Below are positions 11,611 through 25,804 of a DNA stretch of 64,000 bases, piece after piece. The DNA is taken from the NCBI RefSeq assembly GCF_020745735.1, contig NC_083449.1:7972923-8036922 (forward strand), in the 5' to 3' direction. The DNA comes from Hemiscyllium ocellatum. Taxonomy: Eukaryota. Under the pieces are notes generated by a model, which was not told where the DNA came from, searched no databases, and saw only the letters and a program-made list of their open reading frames with translations. Made by a program: the position numbers and the translations under genes. How positions within the stretch are numbered: position 1 is the stretch's first letter; every line of letters begins with the position of its first letter.

Positions 11611-13632
11611 TGACACTTGAAGAAACTGCAGGAGCTCTTTTTTACTTCAAATCTCAGTTGCTCAACATGAATAAGATTTGCCATCCATGTCAGGTGGCAT
11701 GATGGTGCCAGGGATGCAGATTCAATTCCAGCCTTGGTTCATTACCTGTGTGCAATTTGCATGTTCTGCTCATGTCTGCATGGGTTTCCTCTGGGTGCTC
11801 CAGTTTCTTTGCATGGTCCAAATATGTGCAACATGGTAAAATGTCCTGTAGTATTCAATGATGATCAATGTCAGTGGGTTAAAACTGGGTAAAAACAAGG
11901 GCTGCTGATGCTGGAAACCAGATTGCCTGAAACGTCAATTTTCCTGCTCCTCGGATACTGCCTGAACTGCCGTGTCTTTCCAGCACCACTCCAGTGTCAG
12001 TGGGTTAACGATGGTAAATGTTGAGTTATGGGGATAGGGTGAGGTCTACATCTGGCTGGGATCTGCTTTGGTGAGTTGTTGTGGGGGGATGGGCCAAATG
12101 CACTCTATCTGCACCGAGCAATCATATCTACTGTAATTGAAAGCAAGACTTTTTTTATACCATCTTCAGTCTCTGGCAGCGTAAAGCAGTTTGGATAATT
12201 TCCACAACTTTTATTCTATGGTACAGGTTATGATTGTAAGTTATATTCTGAATGTGCATTTTTAACTTATTTGTTCACATGTTTATAACAAGACCACTTT
12301 ATGAGAGCTTTTGCATTCTGTAGCCAATAATCTCTGGGGATCTATCTAAATGTGTACCTTTCATATTAATATTTAATTTTGCTTTGGACCACTTGAAAAC
12401 AACGTATTCATTCAGTCATTTTGTATGAGATGTGTTCAGTTTTCACTTTGTGGAAATAAATTAAATTGCAATATTTGTTTCAATCTGACACTTGGCATGT
12501 CATCTAAATCTTCCAGTTTGGACAAACAGAATTGATACATGAATTAAGTGCAGTCACATAGAGTCAGACAGCAAGTTTAAACCATGATGAGATAATTGGA
12601 GGAATAATTAACCTGAATATTTATTTATTTATTTCCCTATTTAAGTGGAATACATTGTTAGCATGCAATAGGTTCAGTATTTCCAAATAAACAAGTGAAG
12701 TTTACTTTTTGACCAACATTATACTATGCATTAAAATCCTATAGGAAGTTCTCTTGTACACTGGGACTGACATACTCCACTCTTACCTTTCCCGTTTCAT
12801 TTAAGGAAACGGTAGCTCTCCCACCCATGTGATCCTAGTCAGCATGATTTTCCTATTTTTGCCTACAGATCTATTAACCTGACAGTGTTTCCGTGCTTTG
12901 CAAATTATTCTGTACCCACTGCGTGTTGGCATCATCTCACTCTTTGTTGTGTCCAGAAACCATCAGTTTCCTTTAAGTCCTTCATTTCATAAATAAGGAC
13001 AATAACTGTTGCAACCTGCAACTATTTGTTCTTCTCTGCGAGTACAGAACTAATCTTGTTTATTCCATTCACTTGTCGGTTTGTGTACTTGGGAAGTACT
13101 CTCTCCCTGGCAGTCTGTGCTATTTAATTGGACTGTGATATGATTTATTGCCCTTCAAAACTCTGCTCAGATGTGACAGGTGGCCAACAGATTAGAGCCA
13201 TGTTGTCTAGTGAAAATCTTGAAACTAAAATTTGATGTTGACTACTTGGGCTGTTGTGTACATGCACTGATTTTATGTATAAAAGTGGTTTTTGAAAGGA
13301 ACAGTTGTTATGATACAGGAAGGATGCCCACACTCTATTGATCCTGCTTCAATCTTCATGTATTGTGTTACTGAGCAGTTTAAATGCTTGCTATTAAGTG
13401 GACAGCCAGTTAGCAAAGGAGAGAGTTTTCAGTTCATGTTTCCTGAAGTGAATGGGAAAGAGCTTATTTTCTTTGACTGTATCTGTAAGATTCCAGACAA
13501 GTGAAACCACAGCACATTGTCACAAAGGATCTGTGCTGTTCTTCAGAGTCAAGGAAGTAAAAGCAATGGACCTTTGCACCTCCGATAGTGCAGTGTCTAA
13601 CTGGGAGTAGTGATATCAAAGTGTGGCCTTCA

Positions 13633-14110
13633 GAGAGTCACACAGTTATACAGCACAGAAACAGACCCTTTGGTCCAAGTTGTTCATGCTGACCAGAGAT
13701 CCTAATCTGACCTGGTCCCATTTAAGTTAAAAATCTCAACACCAGGTTATAGTACAACAGGTTTACGTGGAAGCACTAGCTTTCATAGTGAAGGAGCAGT
13801 GCACTGAAAGCTAGTGCTTCCAAATAAACATGGTGTACGACAAATTGGTGGTGTGATTCTAAACTTTGTCCACCTCAGTCCAACACTGGCACCTCCACAT
13901 CATGGCTAGTCACATTTGCCAGCATTTGGCGCATATCCATCAAAACTGTTCCTATTCTCGTATACATCCAGGTGGCTGTAAAAGGTTATAATTGTACCCA
14001 CCACCTCCACTTCCTCTGGTAGCTCATTCCGTACAAGCACCACCCTCTGTGATAGTGTAACCCCACAGGCCCTTTTAAAATCTTTTTTCCACAATTCAAA
14101 CCTGTGCGTG
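13633..14110 (-). mobile_element. CR1 3' end interrupted by a palindromic Penelope-derived insertion (~13725-13905)
   Basis: RVVLVRNELPEEVEVVG on the minus strand; insert has inverted ACACCAGGTTATAG..GGAAGCACTAGCTTTC arms. Confidence 0.7.
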
Positions 14111-14129
14111 CTCTTTTTGCACCTACCCA

Positions 14130-14159
14130 CGTTCGGAAAATGAGAGTGTGTGTATGTAG

Positions 14160-14199
<40 letters not shown>

Positions 14200-14970
14200 A
14201 GCAATGGTGATCACCTGTAATGTGACATGAACCCAAGGGACTTTGGGTTCATGTCACATTACAGGTGATCACCATTGCTCTACACACACTCTCACATACA
14301 CACAGACACAGGTACACACAGACGCGCAGACACCCCCACACACCTTATAGACACAGACACACACACTCACACGTGCACCCCCTCACAGACGTAAGACTCA
14401 CTGCGCGCACACACACACACACACACTTTCTCGCACTCAACCCCCACCCCAGACAGACAAAGACCCACATGCACACATATATTGTGTGAGGTGAATTTGT
14501 ACTTACAGAGTTACATTGCACTTTGCTCAAAAACTGCATACATTCATGTAGAACTCTGAGCTCAAAAACTGCATGAATTTATATAAAACTCTTATCTCAC
14601 TTTTTAGATTAGAATCAATCTAAACATCAGGTCATAGACAGAGAAAACAGGGGGCTAACACCTTCAACATATTGTCTAGCTATCACCATTGTTCACAGCT
14701 AACCCGAGAATGCAACTTTAAAAAAAAGCTTTTGTGATTTACACATGAAAGAAGTGAAACTATCACTGTATTCTGACAGATGAAAGGCTCAACAGACAAT
14801 CAATTTTTCAATGTATAATTTCAGTTACATCACACTGCAAATTTTTGCTATAAATTCTGTGTTATGATCGAGCCCTCCACTATCACCTGATGAAGGAGCG
14901 TCGCTCCGAAAGCTAGTGTGCTTCCAATTAAACCTGTTGGACTATAACCTGGTGTTGTGTGATTTTTAAT
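14130..14970 (+). mobile_element. Penelope (Poseidon-type) 3' fragment with inverted segment, (CA)n tracts and hammerhead motif
   Basis: GAC TTT GGG TTC ATG TCA CAT TAC AGG TGA (DFGFMSHYR*, typical Poseidon ORF end); 38-bp perfect hairpin at 14199-14280; hammerhead at 14884-14918. Confidence 0.65.
14884..14918 (+). ncRNA. Minimal hammerhead ribozyme motif, second family
   Basis: CAC-CUGAUGA-A-GGAGCGUCGCUCC-GAAAGCUA-GUG: stem I CAC/GUG, palindromic AGCU stem III, CUA cleavage triplet. Confidence 0.65.
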
Positions 14971-16320
14971 AATAGTGGAGGGTTGTGTTTGTGATTGGAA
15001 GCCTGTAATCAGTGATGTACCACAGGGATCAGTGCTGGGACCCTTGCTGCTTGTTATGTACATATTAACAATTGGATGGGAATGTAGAACGTATGCTTGC
15101 AGATGAATTTTTCATGCGGAAATATATGTTTCACTGCAGCCTTGAAGTGCAATGGGCCTGTTCCTGTGCTGTATTGTTCTTTGTTCTATGACATGAGAAT
15201 CGATGGCATTGTTGATAGTGAGGGGGATGGTCTCAGGCGACAGGATGAGAACATTGGGCACTGCAATGGCAGATGGAATTTAATCCTGATAAATGTGAGG
15301 TAATGCATTTTGGAAGGCCTAATAAGGCAAAGAATTACACAATGAAGGATTGGTCCCTTGGCAGTACTGAGGAACAAAGATTACTTACTTACAGTGTGGA
15401 AACAGGCCCTTCGACCCATCAAGTCCACACTGACCTGCTGAAGTGCAACCCACCCAGACCCATTCCCCTACACTTAATCCTTCATCTAACAATACGGGCA
15501 ATTTAGCAAGGCCAATTCACCTAAACTGCACATTTTTGGATTGGGGGAGGAAACTGGAGCACCTGGAGGAAACCCATGCAGACATGGGGAGAATGTGCAA
15601 GCCAGGAATTGAACCTGAGTCTCTGGCACTGTGAGGCAGTAGTGTGCCACCATGCTGCCTTGGTGTACAAGTCTGTAGATCACAGAAGGTGCCAGTACAG
15701 GCAGACAGGCTGCTGAAGAAGGCATACAGAATGTTTTCCTTCAGTACCAGAGCTGCCAAATATAAGAGCAAGGAAGTCTTCTTCCACCATTATAAAACAG
15801 ATCAAATACTGTGTGCAGTTCTGACTGCCACACAATTAGAAGGATGAGATTGACTGGAGAGGATGCAGTGGGTTGGAAAGTCTCCGTCAAAAGGGGAGAC
15901 TGTATGAGTTAGGCTTGGTTTCCTTGGAGCAGAGGTGGTTGAGGGAGGATCTGACTGAGATATACTAAATTGTGAAAGACGCAGACAGAGTAGATTGTGA
16001 GAATCTTTCTCCCCATGGCAGATGTGTCTAAGATCAGAGAATACAACATGAAGGTGCGGGGAAAGCAGTTTAGGGGATATCTGAGAAAAATATTTTGATC
16101 TAGAGGGTGGGTAAAGTTTGGATCAGACTGCCTGTGTGTGTGGTGGAATACTCTCACAGAATAGAAAGAAGCATCTGGATATGCCCTTAAGAAACCCTTA
16201 AGACATGGTTAGCTATGAGTCAAGTGCAGGTAAATGGGATGAATGCAGTTTGCTGTTTGTTGGACATCATGGACATGGTGGGCTGAAGGATCTGTTTCTA
16301 TGCTGTATGACTATATCTCT
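14970..16320 (+). mobile_element. CR1 LINE RT/3' fragment with a nested minus-strand V-SINE (~15381-15658)
   Basis: VPQGSVLGP and MEFNPDKCEVMHFG motifs. Confidence 0.8.
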
Positions 16321-16324
16321 ATAA

Positions 16325-16705
16325 CATGTTTGTAAATCTTTTCTGCACTATCTCAAGTTTAACAACACCCTTCCTGGAGAAGGGTGATAAGCGTTACACA
16401 CAGTCTCATAAAAGAGGCATTAATAATGTCCTGTACAGCAATGTGACATCCCAACTCCTATTCTCAATGTTCTGACCAATAAAGGCAAGCATGCCAAATG
16501 CTTTCTTCACCGCTCTGTCTACCTGTGACTTTACTTTCAATGAAATATGCAGCAGGTCACTTTGTTCAGCAACACTCACCAAGGCCGCACCATTAAGTGT
16601 AGAAGTCCTGCCCTGGTTTGTCTTACCAAAATCGAACACCTCACATGAATCTAAAGGAAACTGCATCTTTCACTTCTTGGCCCACTGACCCACCTGATCA
16701 AGGTC
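16325..16705 (-). mobile_element. CR1 LINE fragment
   Basis: ORF ...KVKSQVDRAVKKAFGMLAFIGQNIE... Confidence 0.75.
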
Positions 16706-16770
16706 AGAATTAGTTTTTTTTTCAGTGCACAGTGATATAATTATTTGAAAACTGTTGAAGTTAAGTTAAA

Positions 16771-17072
16771 GGGGTGGCACAGTGGCTCAATGTTTAGCAC
16801 TGCTGCCTCACAGGGTCCCAGGTTCAATTCCAGCCTCGGGCGACTGTCTTTATGGAGTTTGCACATTCTCCCTGTGTCTGCATGCATTTCCTCCAGGTGC
16901 TCTAGTTTCCTCCTACAGTCCAAAGGTCAGGTGAATTGGCCATGCTAGATTGTCCATAGCATTAGGTGCATTAGTCAGAGGGAAATGGGTCTGGGTGGTT
17001 CCTCTTTGGAGGGTTGGTGTGGACTGTTTGGGCCAAAGGGCCAGTTTCCACACAGTAGGGAATCTAATCTAA
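16771..17072 (+). mobile_element. V-SINE (HE1-type)
   Basis: A/B boxes, V-domain, AATCT tail. Confidence 0.8.
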
Positions 17073-17309
17073 TCAAAAGGTAGGTGTTAATTACCCTGCA
17101 CTGTATTGTAATGTTACTCACCATCATTCGGACACTTGTGCAGCTCAACGGAGAGGAGGAGGAGGAAAGCAGAAGGACTTTGATTTTCTATCAAGCAGTG
17201 GTGGAAATTGGAACAGCCAAACGAAATTTTTTTGAAGAATGAAACGTTTGAACTCTTCTCGTAAAAAGATAATGAGCAGCTTGAGGAATCTATATTCTCT
17301 TGTGAGGAT

Positions 17310-20300
17310 TTACTGAGAGATAGTCACACATCAGGTAGAAGAAGAAAGGCGAATGGGTTACAGTCAGAGGGCTGAAAGGGAACCAGCAGACCGTGCAGGG
17401 ATCCACTGTGGCCATTCCCCTTAATAACAAGTATACTGTTTTGGATTCTGTTAGTGGTGGGGGGGTGGGAGAACATACCAGTGGTAAGCCACAGGGTACA
17501 GGTCTCTGGCACAGAGTCTGTCCTTGTTGCTCAGAAGGGAAGGGGAGAGAGGAAGAGAGCATTTGCCATTGTGTTCTCCACAGTTAAAGGGACATATAGG
17601 AGGTTCTGTGGGAGTGAGACAGACTCATGATTGGTGTGTTGCCTCCTAGATGCCAGGGTTCATGATGTCTCACATCATGTTTTCAGGATCCTTGAAGGGG
17701 AGGGGGAGCTGCCCTAAGTCAGTGGTCCACATAGGCACTAACAACATAGGTAGGAAAAGGGATGGGGATTTAAGGCAGAAAGTCAGGGAGCTAGGGTGGA
17801 AGCTTGGAGTTAGAACAAACAGAGTAGTTATCTCTGGTTTGTTGCCCGTGCTACATGATAGCAAGAGGAGAGAGAGGAGTTGAACACATGACTAAAGGGA
17901 TGGTGTGGGAGGGAGAGTTTTGGATACCTCGATAATTGGGGTAGGTGGGACCTCTACAAAAATGATGGTCTACATCTGAAGCAGTGATACCAATATCCTG
18001 GGGGATGTTTACTAATGTTCTTCAGGTGGGTTTAAACAAATTCAGGATGGGAATCTAAATTGTAGTTCCCGTGTCCAGGGGTTGAGCGTATTTAGGGCAG
18101 AAATATGGTTTCAATGTCACAAGCGTGCACTGGCAAGCAGGAAGGTGGTTTGAAGTGGGTCTACCACAATGCCAGGAGCATCCAGAATAAGTAGGCGAAC
18201 TTGCAGCATAGGTTGGTACCTGGATTTTGCTGTTGCGGCCATTTTGGAGACATGGATCGAGCAGGAACAGGAATGGTTGTCATAGATTCCAGGATTTCGA
18301 TGTTTCAGTAAGAACAGAGAAGATGATAAAAAAAAAGAAGGGGAGGTGTGGCATTGTTAGTCAAGGACAGTATTACGGTGGCAGAAATGATGTAGGAGGA
18401 CTTTTCTAATGAGGTAGTATGGACTAAGGTTAGAAACAGGAAAGGAGAGGTCACCCTGTTGGGAGGTTTCTATTGGCCTCAGAATAGATCCAGAGATGTA
18501 GAGGAAAGGATTGTAAAGATGATTCTGGATAGGAGCAGTGTAACAGGGTAGTTGTTATGGGGGACTTTAACTTTCAAAGTATTGACTGGAAATTCTATAT
18601 ATTGAGGACTTCAGATGGTTCAGTTTTTGTCCAATGTGTGCACAAAGGTTTCCTGAAACAGTATGTAGACAGGCCAATCAGGGGCGAGGCCACAATTGAT
18701 TTGGTACTGGTAATGAACCCAGAAGGTGTTAGATTTGGAGGTAGGTGAGTACTTTGGTGAGAGTGACCATAATTCAGTTATGTTTACTTTACGAAGGAAA
18801 GGGAGATCTGTTTATACTGCAGGGCAAGATTTATAACTGGGGAAATGGCAATTATGATGCAGTTTGACAAGATTTATGATGCATAGGATAGGGAAGGAAA
18901 CTGCAGGGGATAGGCACAATTGAAATGTGGAGCTAATTCAAGGAACAGTGACTGCGTGTCCTTGATAAGCATGTACCTGTCAGGCAGGGAGGAACTGGGT
19001 AACTGATGGAACCATGGTTTACGAAGAAAGTTGATCTCTCGTCAAGAGGAAGATGGCGGCTTATGTTAGGATGAGACGTGAAGGGCACTTGAGAGTTACA
19101 AGCTAGCCAGGAAAGACCTAAAGGGAGAATTAAGAGCCTGGTGGGGACAAGAGAAATCTTCGGCAGAAAGGATCAAGGAAAACCATAATACTGGAAAAAG
19201 GCAATGTTGTCGAGGATAACACGGAGATACAGGCTACTAGACTAAATGGGATATAGGTTTACAAGGAGGAGGTGTTAGCAATTCTGGAAAATGTGAACAT
19301 AGATAATCTCCTGGGCTGGATGTGATTTATCCTAGGATACTCTGGGAAGCCAGGGAGGAGATTGCACAGCCTTTGTCTTTGATCATTAGGTCATCATTGT
19401 CTCTAAGAATAGTGCCAGAAGATTCAAAGGTAACAAATGTTCAAGAGGGAGTAGAGAGCACCCTGGTAAATATAGACCAGTGAGCCTTACTTCGATTGTG
19501 GGTAAAGTGTTGGAAAAGGCTAGAAGAGGCAGGATTTATAATCATCTCGATAGGAATAAGTTGATTAGGAACAGTCAATATGCTTTTGTGAAGGGTAGGT
19601 CATGCCTCAAAAATCTTACCGAGTTCTTTAAAAAGGTGACCAAACAGGTGAATGAGGGGAAAGCAGTTGATGCAGTGTATATGGATATCAGTAAAGTATT
19701 AGATAAGGTGTTTTCAGTAATTTTCTCAATGGTAGGCGACTGCACAAAATATGGAGGCATGGGATTGAGGGTGATTTAGCGGTTTGGTTCAAAAATTGGC
19801 TAGCTGAAAGAAGACACAGGGTGGTGATTGATGGGAAATATTCATCCTGGAGTTCAGTTTCTAGTGGTGTACCGCAAGGATCCATTTTGGGTCCACTGCT
19901 GTTCATTATTTTTATAAATGACCTGGATGAGGGTGTAGAAGGATGGGTTAGGAAATTTGCGGATGGCACTGAGGTTGGTGGAGTTGTGGACAGTGCCGAA
20001 GGATGTTGCAATGCTATTCCTTATCAAGAATGCCGCTCCCCTTCCTCCCTTGCCTCCCTTTCTGTCCTTCTTATAGCATTTATATCCTGGAACATTAAGC
20101 TGCCAGTCCTGTCCATTCCTGAGCCATGTTTCTGTAATTGCTATGATATCGCAGTGGATATCATGTTCCTAAACAGGCCCTGAATTCACATGCCTTCCCT
20201 GTTAGTCCTCTTGCATTGAAACGAATGCAGTTTAATTTATCAGTCCTGCCTTGTTCTCAGCTTTGTCCCTGCCTGCCCTAACCATTTGAGTCACCTTTGT

Positions 20301-20640
20301 TCTCAACTGTACCAGTTTCAGATTGATCTCTTTCCTCACCATCTCCCTGGGTCCCACCCCCACCTTACTAGTTTAAATCTTCCCGAGCAGTTCTAGCAAA
20401 TCTCCCTGCCAGTATATTAGCCCCCTTCCAACTTAGGTGCAATCCATCCTTCTTGCACAGCTCTGCAGTTATGATGTTTGTATTTTGAACTAATCTCAGA
20501 GAATAATTGAGGCATGGAATATTCTGCCTGTAACTGTAGTAGACTTGCCAACTTTAAGGGCTTTTAAATGGTCATTGGATAAACATATGCATGAAAATGC
20601 AATACTATAATGCGCTGTTATGTTCTAAGTTCTATTATCT
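17310..20640 (+). mobile_element. Degenerate CR1 LINE (ORF1 esterase, APE endonuclease, RT) with an inverted CR1 piece at ~20030-20460
   Basis: VVHIGTNNIG, MGDFNF, SGVPQGSILGPLLF..KFADG motifs; many stops and frameshifts. Confidence 0.85.
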
Positions 20641-21639
20641 CACTAAATCTTTTCTACTCTTGTTTCAAATTACGATTATGTGATTGCATTGAGTATTTGA
20701 GAGAATGGTATTGAGTTTTCCTGCATTTTATATCAGATTTCGTAGGAATGCAGGGGTATTTGGAGAAGCTGAAAGCTAATTTGAAACAATGGCACAAGAA
20801 GCCTTTTCAATGGAGTCATAGAGAAAGTCTGTTCCTGCAAGTTGGAGAAATGGAGAACGATGTTGTGCTAAAGGTGGAGATGGCAGCTCCTCTGCCACCA
20901 TGATACATTGTTGGAAATGGAATGCTGCCTGAATGGGAGTAGAATTGTTAGCTGGATGTCTCTGACTGCTGCAGACCACAATGACTCCATGTGAGAGTGA
21001 TATTTCATTTCGATTGGATCATTTTCTGTTGTCTGCAGTGTATATGGAACTCCATAACTGTTGACCCTGCTCTGCAGTTATGTTTGTATTTTGAACTAAC
21101 TCTCAATTAGTCAGTTGCCGTGTCTGTGTCTGCGCCTACAGTAATTATTCTCTATGTCAGGAATAAAAGCAGAAATTTCTGGAGAAATTCAGTTCTGAAT
21201 ATCAGTTACTGGCCCCAAAACATTAACTCTGCTTTCTCTCCACACATGCTACCAGACACGCTGAGTTTGTTTTAAGCACTTTCTCCTTTTGTTTGCAGCC
21301 TCCAGCATCTGCAGTTTTATTTGTCAGGCTTTGGCACAGAATGGGTATTTGGCATTCACTTTATTTAATTGGCATGTGACTATATATGACCACTAGTCAT
21401 TAAAGGGTTAACTCTGTCCTGCCTAAACAATAATACCCTTAATAACACTGCTTCATCCTGTAAATTAGTGACTTTTGTCTGGTTTCCTTCTATCTCAGTT
21501 TTAACATCGATGTTATATATGGTGTTTTAAATGATGTTACAGTCTGATTTTCTTTTTCATCTTGATTTTAACTTTAAAAATATCTTATTAAATGTAGATT
21601 TAATGCCTTTGCTGGGCATCTATTACAGATAAGAATTCT

Positions 21640-24600
21640 GAAAAATATCAATGGACTTGACAATATAAGGCAAGAACTTTCAAACTTTGACTGGCAGCAG
21701 AAGTTCGCAGGTAAAGGGTTGGCTGGAAAATGGGAAACATTTAAAAATGAGATAACAAGAATGCAGAGACAGTCCGTTCCTGTTAGGGTGAACGGCAAGT
21801 CTGGAAATGCTGAATTACAGAGAAATTGAGGTTTTGGTCCAGAGAAAGAAGGAAACATATGTCAAGTACAGACAGCAGTGATGGAGTTAATCCTAAGAAG
21901 AGGAAAAGGCAGTTAATTAAGAGGGAAATCAGGAGGTCAAAAAGGGGACATGAGATAACTTTGGCAAACAGGATCTCCTCTACATTGGGGAGACTGGGCA
22001 CCTCCTAGCAGAGCGCTTTAGGGAACGTCTCTGGGACATCCGCACCAATCAACTACACCGCCCCGTGGCCCAATATTTCAACTCCCCCTCCCACTCTGCC
22101 AGGACATGGAGGTCCTGGGCCTCCTTCACCGCCACTCCCTCACCACCAGATGCCTGAGGCCTCACCTTCCGCCTCAGAACACTTCAAACCCAGGGCATCA
22201 ATGTGGACTTCAACAGCTTCCTCATTTCCCCTTCCCCCACCTCATCCTAGTTTCAAAGTTCCAGCTCAGCACTGTCCATGACTTGTCCGGATTTTTCTGA
22301 CCTGCCTAGCTCCTTTTTCACCTATCCACTCCACCCTCTCCTCCCTGACCTATCACCTTTATCTCCTCCCCCACTCACCCATTGTACTCTGTGCTACTCT
22401 CTCCCCACCCTCCCCTAGCTTATCTCTCCATGCTTCCAGCTCACTGCCTTTATTCCTGATGAAGGGCTTTTGCTCGAAACGTCGATTTCGCTGCTCATTG
22501 GATGCTGCCTGAACTGCTGTGCTCTTCCAGCACCACTAATCCAGAATCTGGTTTCCAGCATCTGCAGTCATTGTTTTTACCGGGTTAAGGAAAATGCCAA
22601 GGGATTTTGTCAATACTTTAAGGACAAAAAGGTAACTAGGGAGACATTAAGACCCCTCAAAGATCAGCAAGGCGACCTTTATGTGGAAGCACAGAAGATG
22701 GGGGAGATACGAAAAGAGTATTTCGCATCACTGTTCATTGTGGAGAAGGACATGGAAGATATAGAATGTGGGGAAATAGATGGTGACATCTTCAAAGATG
22801 TCCATATTTCAGAGGAAGTAGTACTGGATGTATTAAAATGCATAAAGGTGGATAAATCCTCAGGACCTGATCAGGGATATCCTAGAACTCTATGGGAAGT
22901 TACGGAAGTGGTTGCTGTGTCTCTTGCCGGGATATTTTTATCAGGATAGTCACAGATGAGGCGTCGGAAGACTAGAGGTTGGCTAACGTGGTGGTAAGGA
23001 AAAGCCAGGGAGCTTTAGGTTGGTAAGCCTGCCATCAGTGTTGAGCAAGACGTTGGAGGGAATCCTGAGGGACAGAATTTATACATATTTTGAAAGGGAA
23101 GTACTGATTCGGGACAGTGAACATGGCTTTGTGCGTGGAAACCATGACTCACAAACTCAATTGAGTTTTCTGAAGAAGTAACGAAGAGGATTTCCCCATG
23201 GGAGACTAGTTAGCAAAGTTAGATCGCATGAAACACAGGGAGAACTAGCCATTTGGATACAGAACTGGCTCAAAGGTAGAAGATAGAGGGTGGTGGAGGA
23301 AGGTTTTTTTTTCAGACTGGAGGCTTGTGACCAGTGGAGTGCTACAAGGATCAGTGCTGGGTCCACTACTTTTCATTGTTTATACAATGATTTGGATGTA
23401 AGCATAGGAGTAAGTTTGTAAGTTTGCAGTTTGCAGTAAGTAAGTTTGCAGGTGACACCAAAATTGGAAGTGTCGTCTACAGTGAAGAAGGTTACCTCAG
23501 ATTACAATGGGATCTTGATCAGATGGGCCAATGGGATGAGAAGTGGCAGATGGAGTTTAATTCAGATAAATGTGAAGTGCTGCATTTTGGGAAAACATTT
23601 CTTAGCAGGACTTATACACTTAATGGTAAGGTCCTAGGGAGTGTTGCTGAACAAAGAGACCTTGGAGTGCAGGTTCATAGCTCCTTGAAAGCGGAGTTGC
23701 AGGTAGATAGGATAGTGAAGGTGGCATTTTGTATGCTTTCCTTTATTGGTCAGAGTACTGAGTACATTTTGCAGCTGTACAGGACATTGGTTCAGCCACT
23801 TTTGGAATTTTGCATACAGGTCTGGTCTCCTTCCTGTCAGAAGGATGCTGTTCAGAAAAGATTAGGAAGGATGTTGCCAGGGTTGGAGGATTTGAGCTAG
23901 AAGGAGAAGTTGAATAGGCTGGGGCTGTTTTCCCTGGAGCATTGGAGGCTGACGAGTGGCCTTACCGAGGTTTATAAAATCATGAGGGGCATATAGAAAA
24001 AATAGACAAGGTATGTTCCCTGGGATGAGGGGAGTCCAGAACAAGAGGGCACAGGTTTACAGTGAGATGGAAATGATATAAAAGAGACCTAAGTGGCAAG
24101 GTTTTCATTCAGATGGTGTTAGGAGCATGGAATGAGCTGCCAGAGGTAGTGGTGGGGGTTAGTACAATTGCAAATTTTAAAAAACATCTGAATTCAGATA
24201 TGAATAGGAAGGGATTGGAGGGACATGGACTGGATGCTGGCATGTGGGACTAGATTGGGTTGGGATAGCTGGTCGGCATGCACAAGTTGATTGAAGGGTC
24301 TGCTTCCGTGCTGTATGTCTCTGACTCAATGATTGATGAGAGTAGAGCGGTGGACATGATCTATATGGACTTCAGTAAGACGTTAAACAAATTTCCACAC
24401 TGTAGACTGGTTAGCAAGGTTAGATCACATGAAAATCAGGGAGATCTAGCAATTTGGACACAGAATTGACTTGAACGTGGAAGACAGAGGGTGGTGGTGG
24501 ACGGTTACCTTTCAGACAGGAGACCTGTGATCAGTGGTGTGCCACAAGGATTGGTGCTGGGTTCACTGCTTTTCATCACTTATATGAATGATTTGGATAT

Positions 24601-25605
24601 GAACATAAAAGGTTTGCAGATGGCACCAAAACTGGCATAGTAGTGGACAGCAAAGAAGGTTCCCTCAGAGTACAACAGGATCATGATCAGATGGGCCACT
24701 GGGCTGACCAGTGGCAGATGGAGTTTAATTTAGATAAATTTGAGGTGCTTCATTTTGGAAAGGCAAATCAAGGCAGGAGTTATACACTTAATGGTAAGGT
24801 CCTGGGGAGTATTGCTGAAGCAAAAAACCATGGAGTGCAGATTCATAGTTCCTTGAAAGTAGAATCACTGTTCGATAGGATAATGAAGGCAGTGTTTAAT
24901 ATGCTGTTCTTTATTGGTCCGAACATAGAATATAGGGGTTTGGACGTCATGTTGAGGCTATACAGGTAATTGGTTCAGCCGCTTTTGGAATATTGTGTGC
25001 AATTCTGGTCTCCTTCCTATTGGAAGGATGTTGTGAAACATGAAACATTCAGAAACGATTTACAAGCTTGTTTCCAGGAGTGGAGTATTTGAGCAAAAGG
25101 AACAGGCTGAAGAGGCTTGGCCTGTTTTCCCTGAAGTGTTGGAGGCGGAGGGGTGACCTTACAGTATTTTATAACCTTTATACAATTCTGACCTTTTATA
25201 AAATCAGGAGGGTCATGGGTAGGCAAAATAGACAAGATAGTTTCCCTGAGGTGGGGGAGTCCAGAACTAGAGGGCACAGGTGAGAGGGGAAAGATTTAAA
25301 AGAAACCTAAGGGGCAACGTTTTATGCAGAAGGTGGTGTGTGTGTGTGTGTGTGTGTGTATGGAAAGAGTTGCCAGAGGAAGTGGTGGAGGCTGGAACAA
25401 TTCCAACATTTAAAAGGCACCTGGACGCTTACATGAATAGGAACGGTTTAGCAGGGATATGGGCCAAGTGCTGGCAAATGGCACTAGCGCTGGCAAATGG
25501 CACTAGCGCTGCCAAATGGGACAAGATTAGTTCTGGATATCTGGTTGGCATGGATGGGTCAGACTGAATGGTCTGCTTCTGTGCTGTACATCTTTATAAT
25601 TCTAT
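21640..25605 (+). mobile_element. Two tandem CR1 ORF2 fragments (~21640-24330 and ~24330-25605)
   Basis: KFAGDTKIG, WQMEFN.DK.EVLHFG and ELPEEVVEAG motifs; two 3' tails. Confidence 0.85.
21973..22580 (+). mobile_element. Penelope 3' fragment (GIY-YIG end and pLTR) nested in CR1; hammerhead motif at 22452-22487
   Basis: CTCTACATTGGGGAGACTGGG (LYIGETG), homologous to 62805-63130; ATTCCTGATGAAGGGCTTTTGCTCGAAACGTCGATT. Confidence 0.8.
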
Positions 25606-25804
25606 GGCCGTGAATTATAACAATTATTTGAAATGGGGTAATGTACGTAAAGAATGGTGATGGAGAAAAAGAATTGTAATTCCTCCGTGATATTTGTCTC
25701 TTGATTTGGAAATTTCTCTCTGGAAATGGAGTCAATGTGTGTCTGATTCAATCTGCTCTGAAACTATGGAAAGGATGTTCTTCAGTCTGACTGCGGTAAC
25801 ATAC

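Larger units (their letters stand above)
7204..12389 (+). repeat. Local direct duplication: 7204-8457 versus 10747-12389
   Basis: Collinear from GTATCAC(C/T)CT..ATGTGCATACTTGAGTGAAGTTATCATC to TTTGGAC, including shared satellite, Penelope and SINE relics. Confidence 0.8.
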
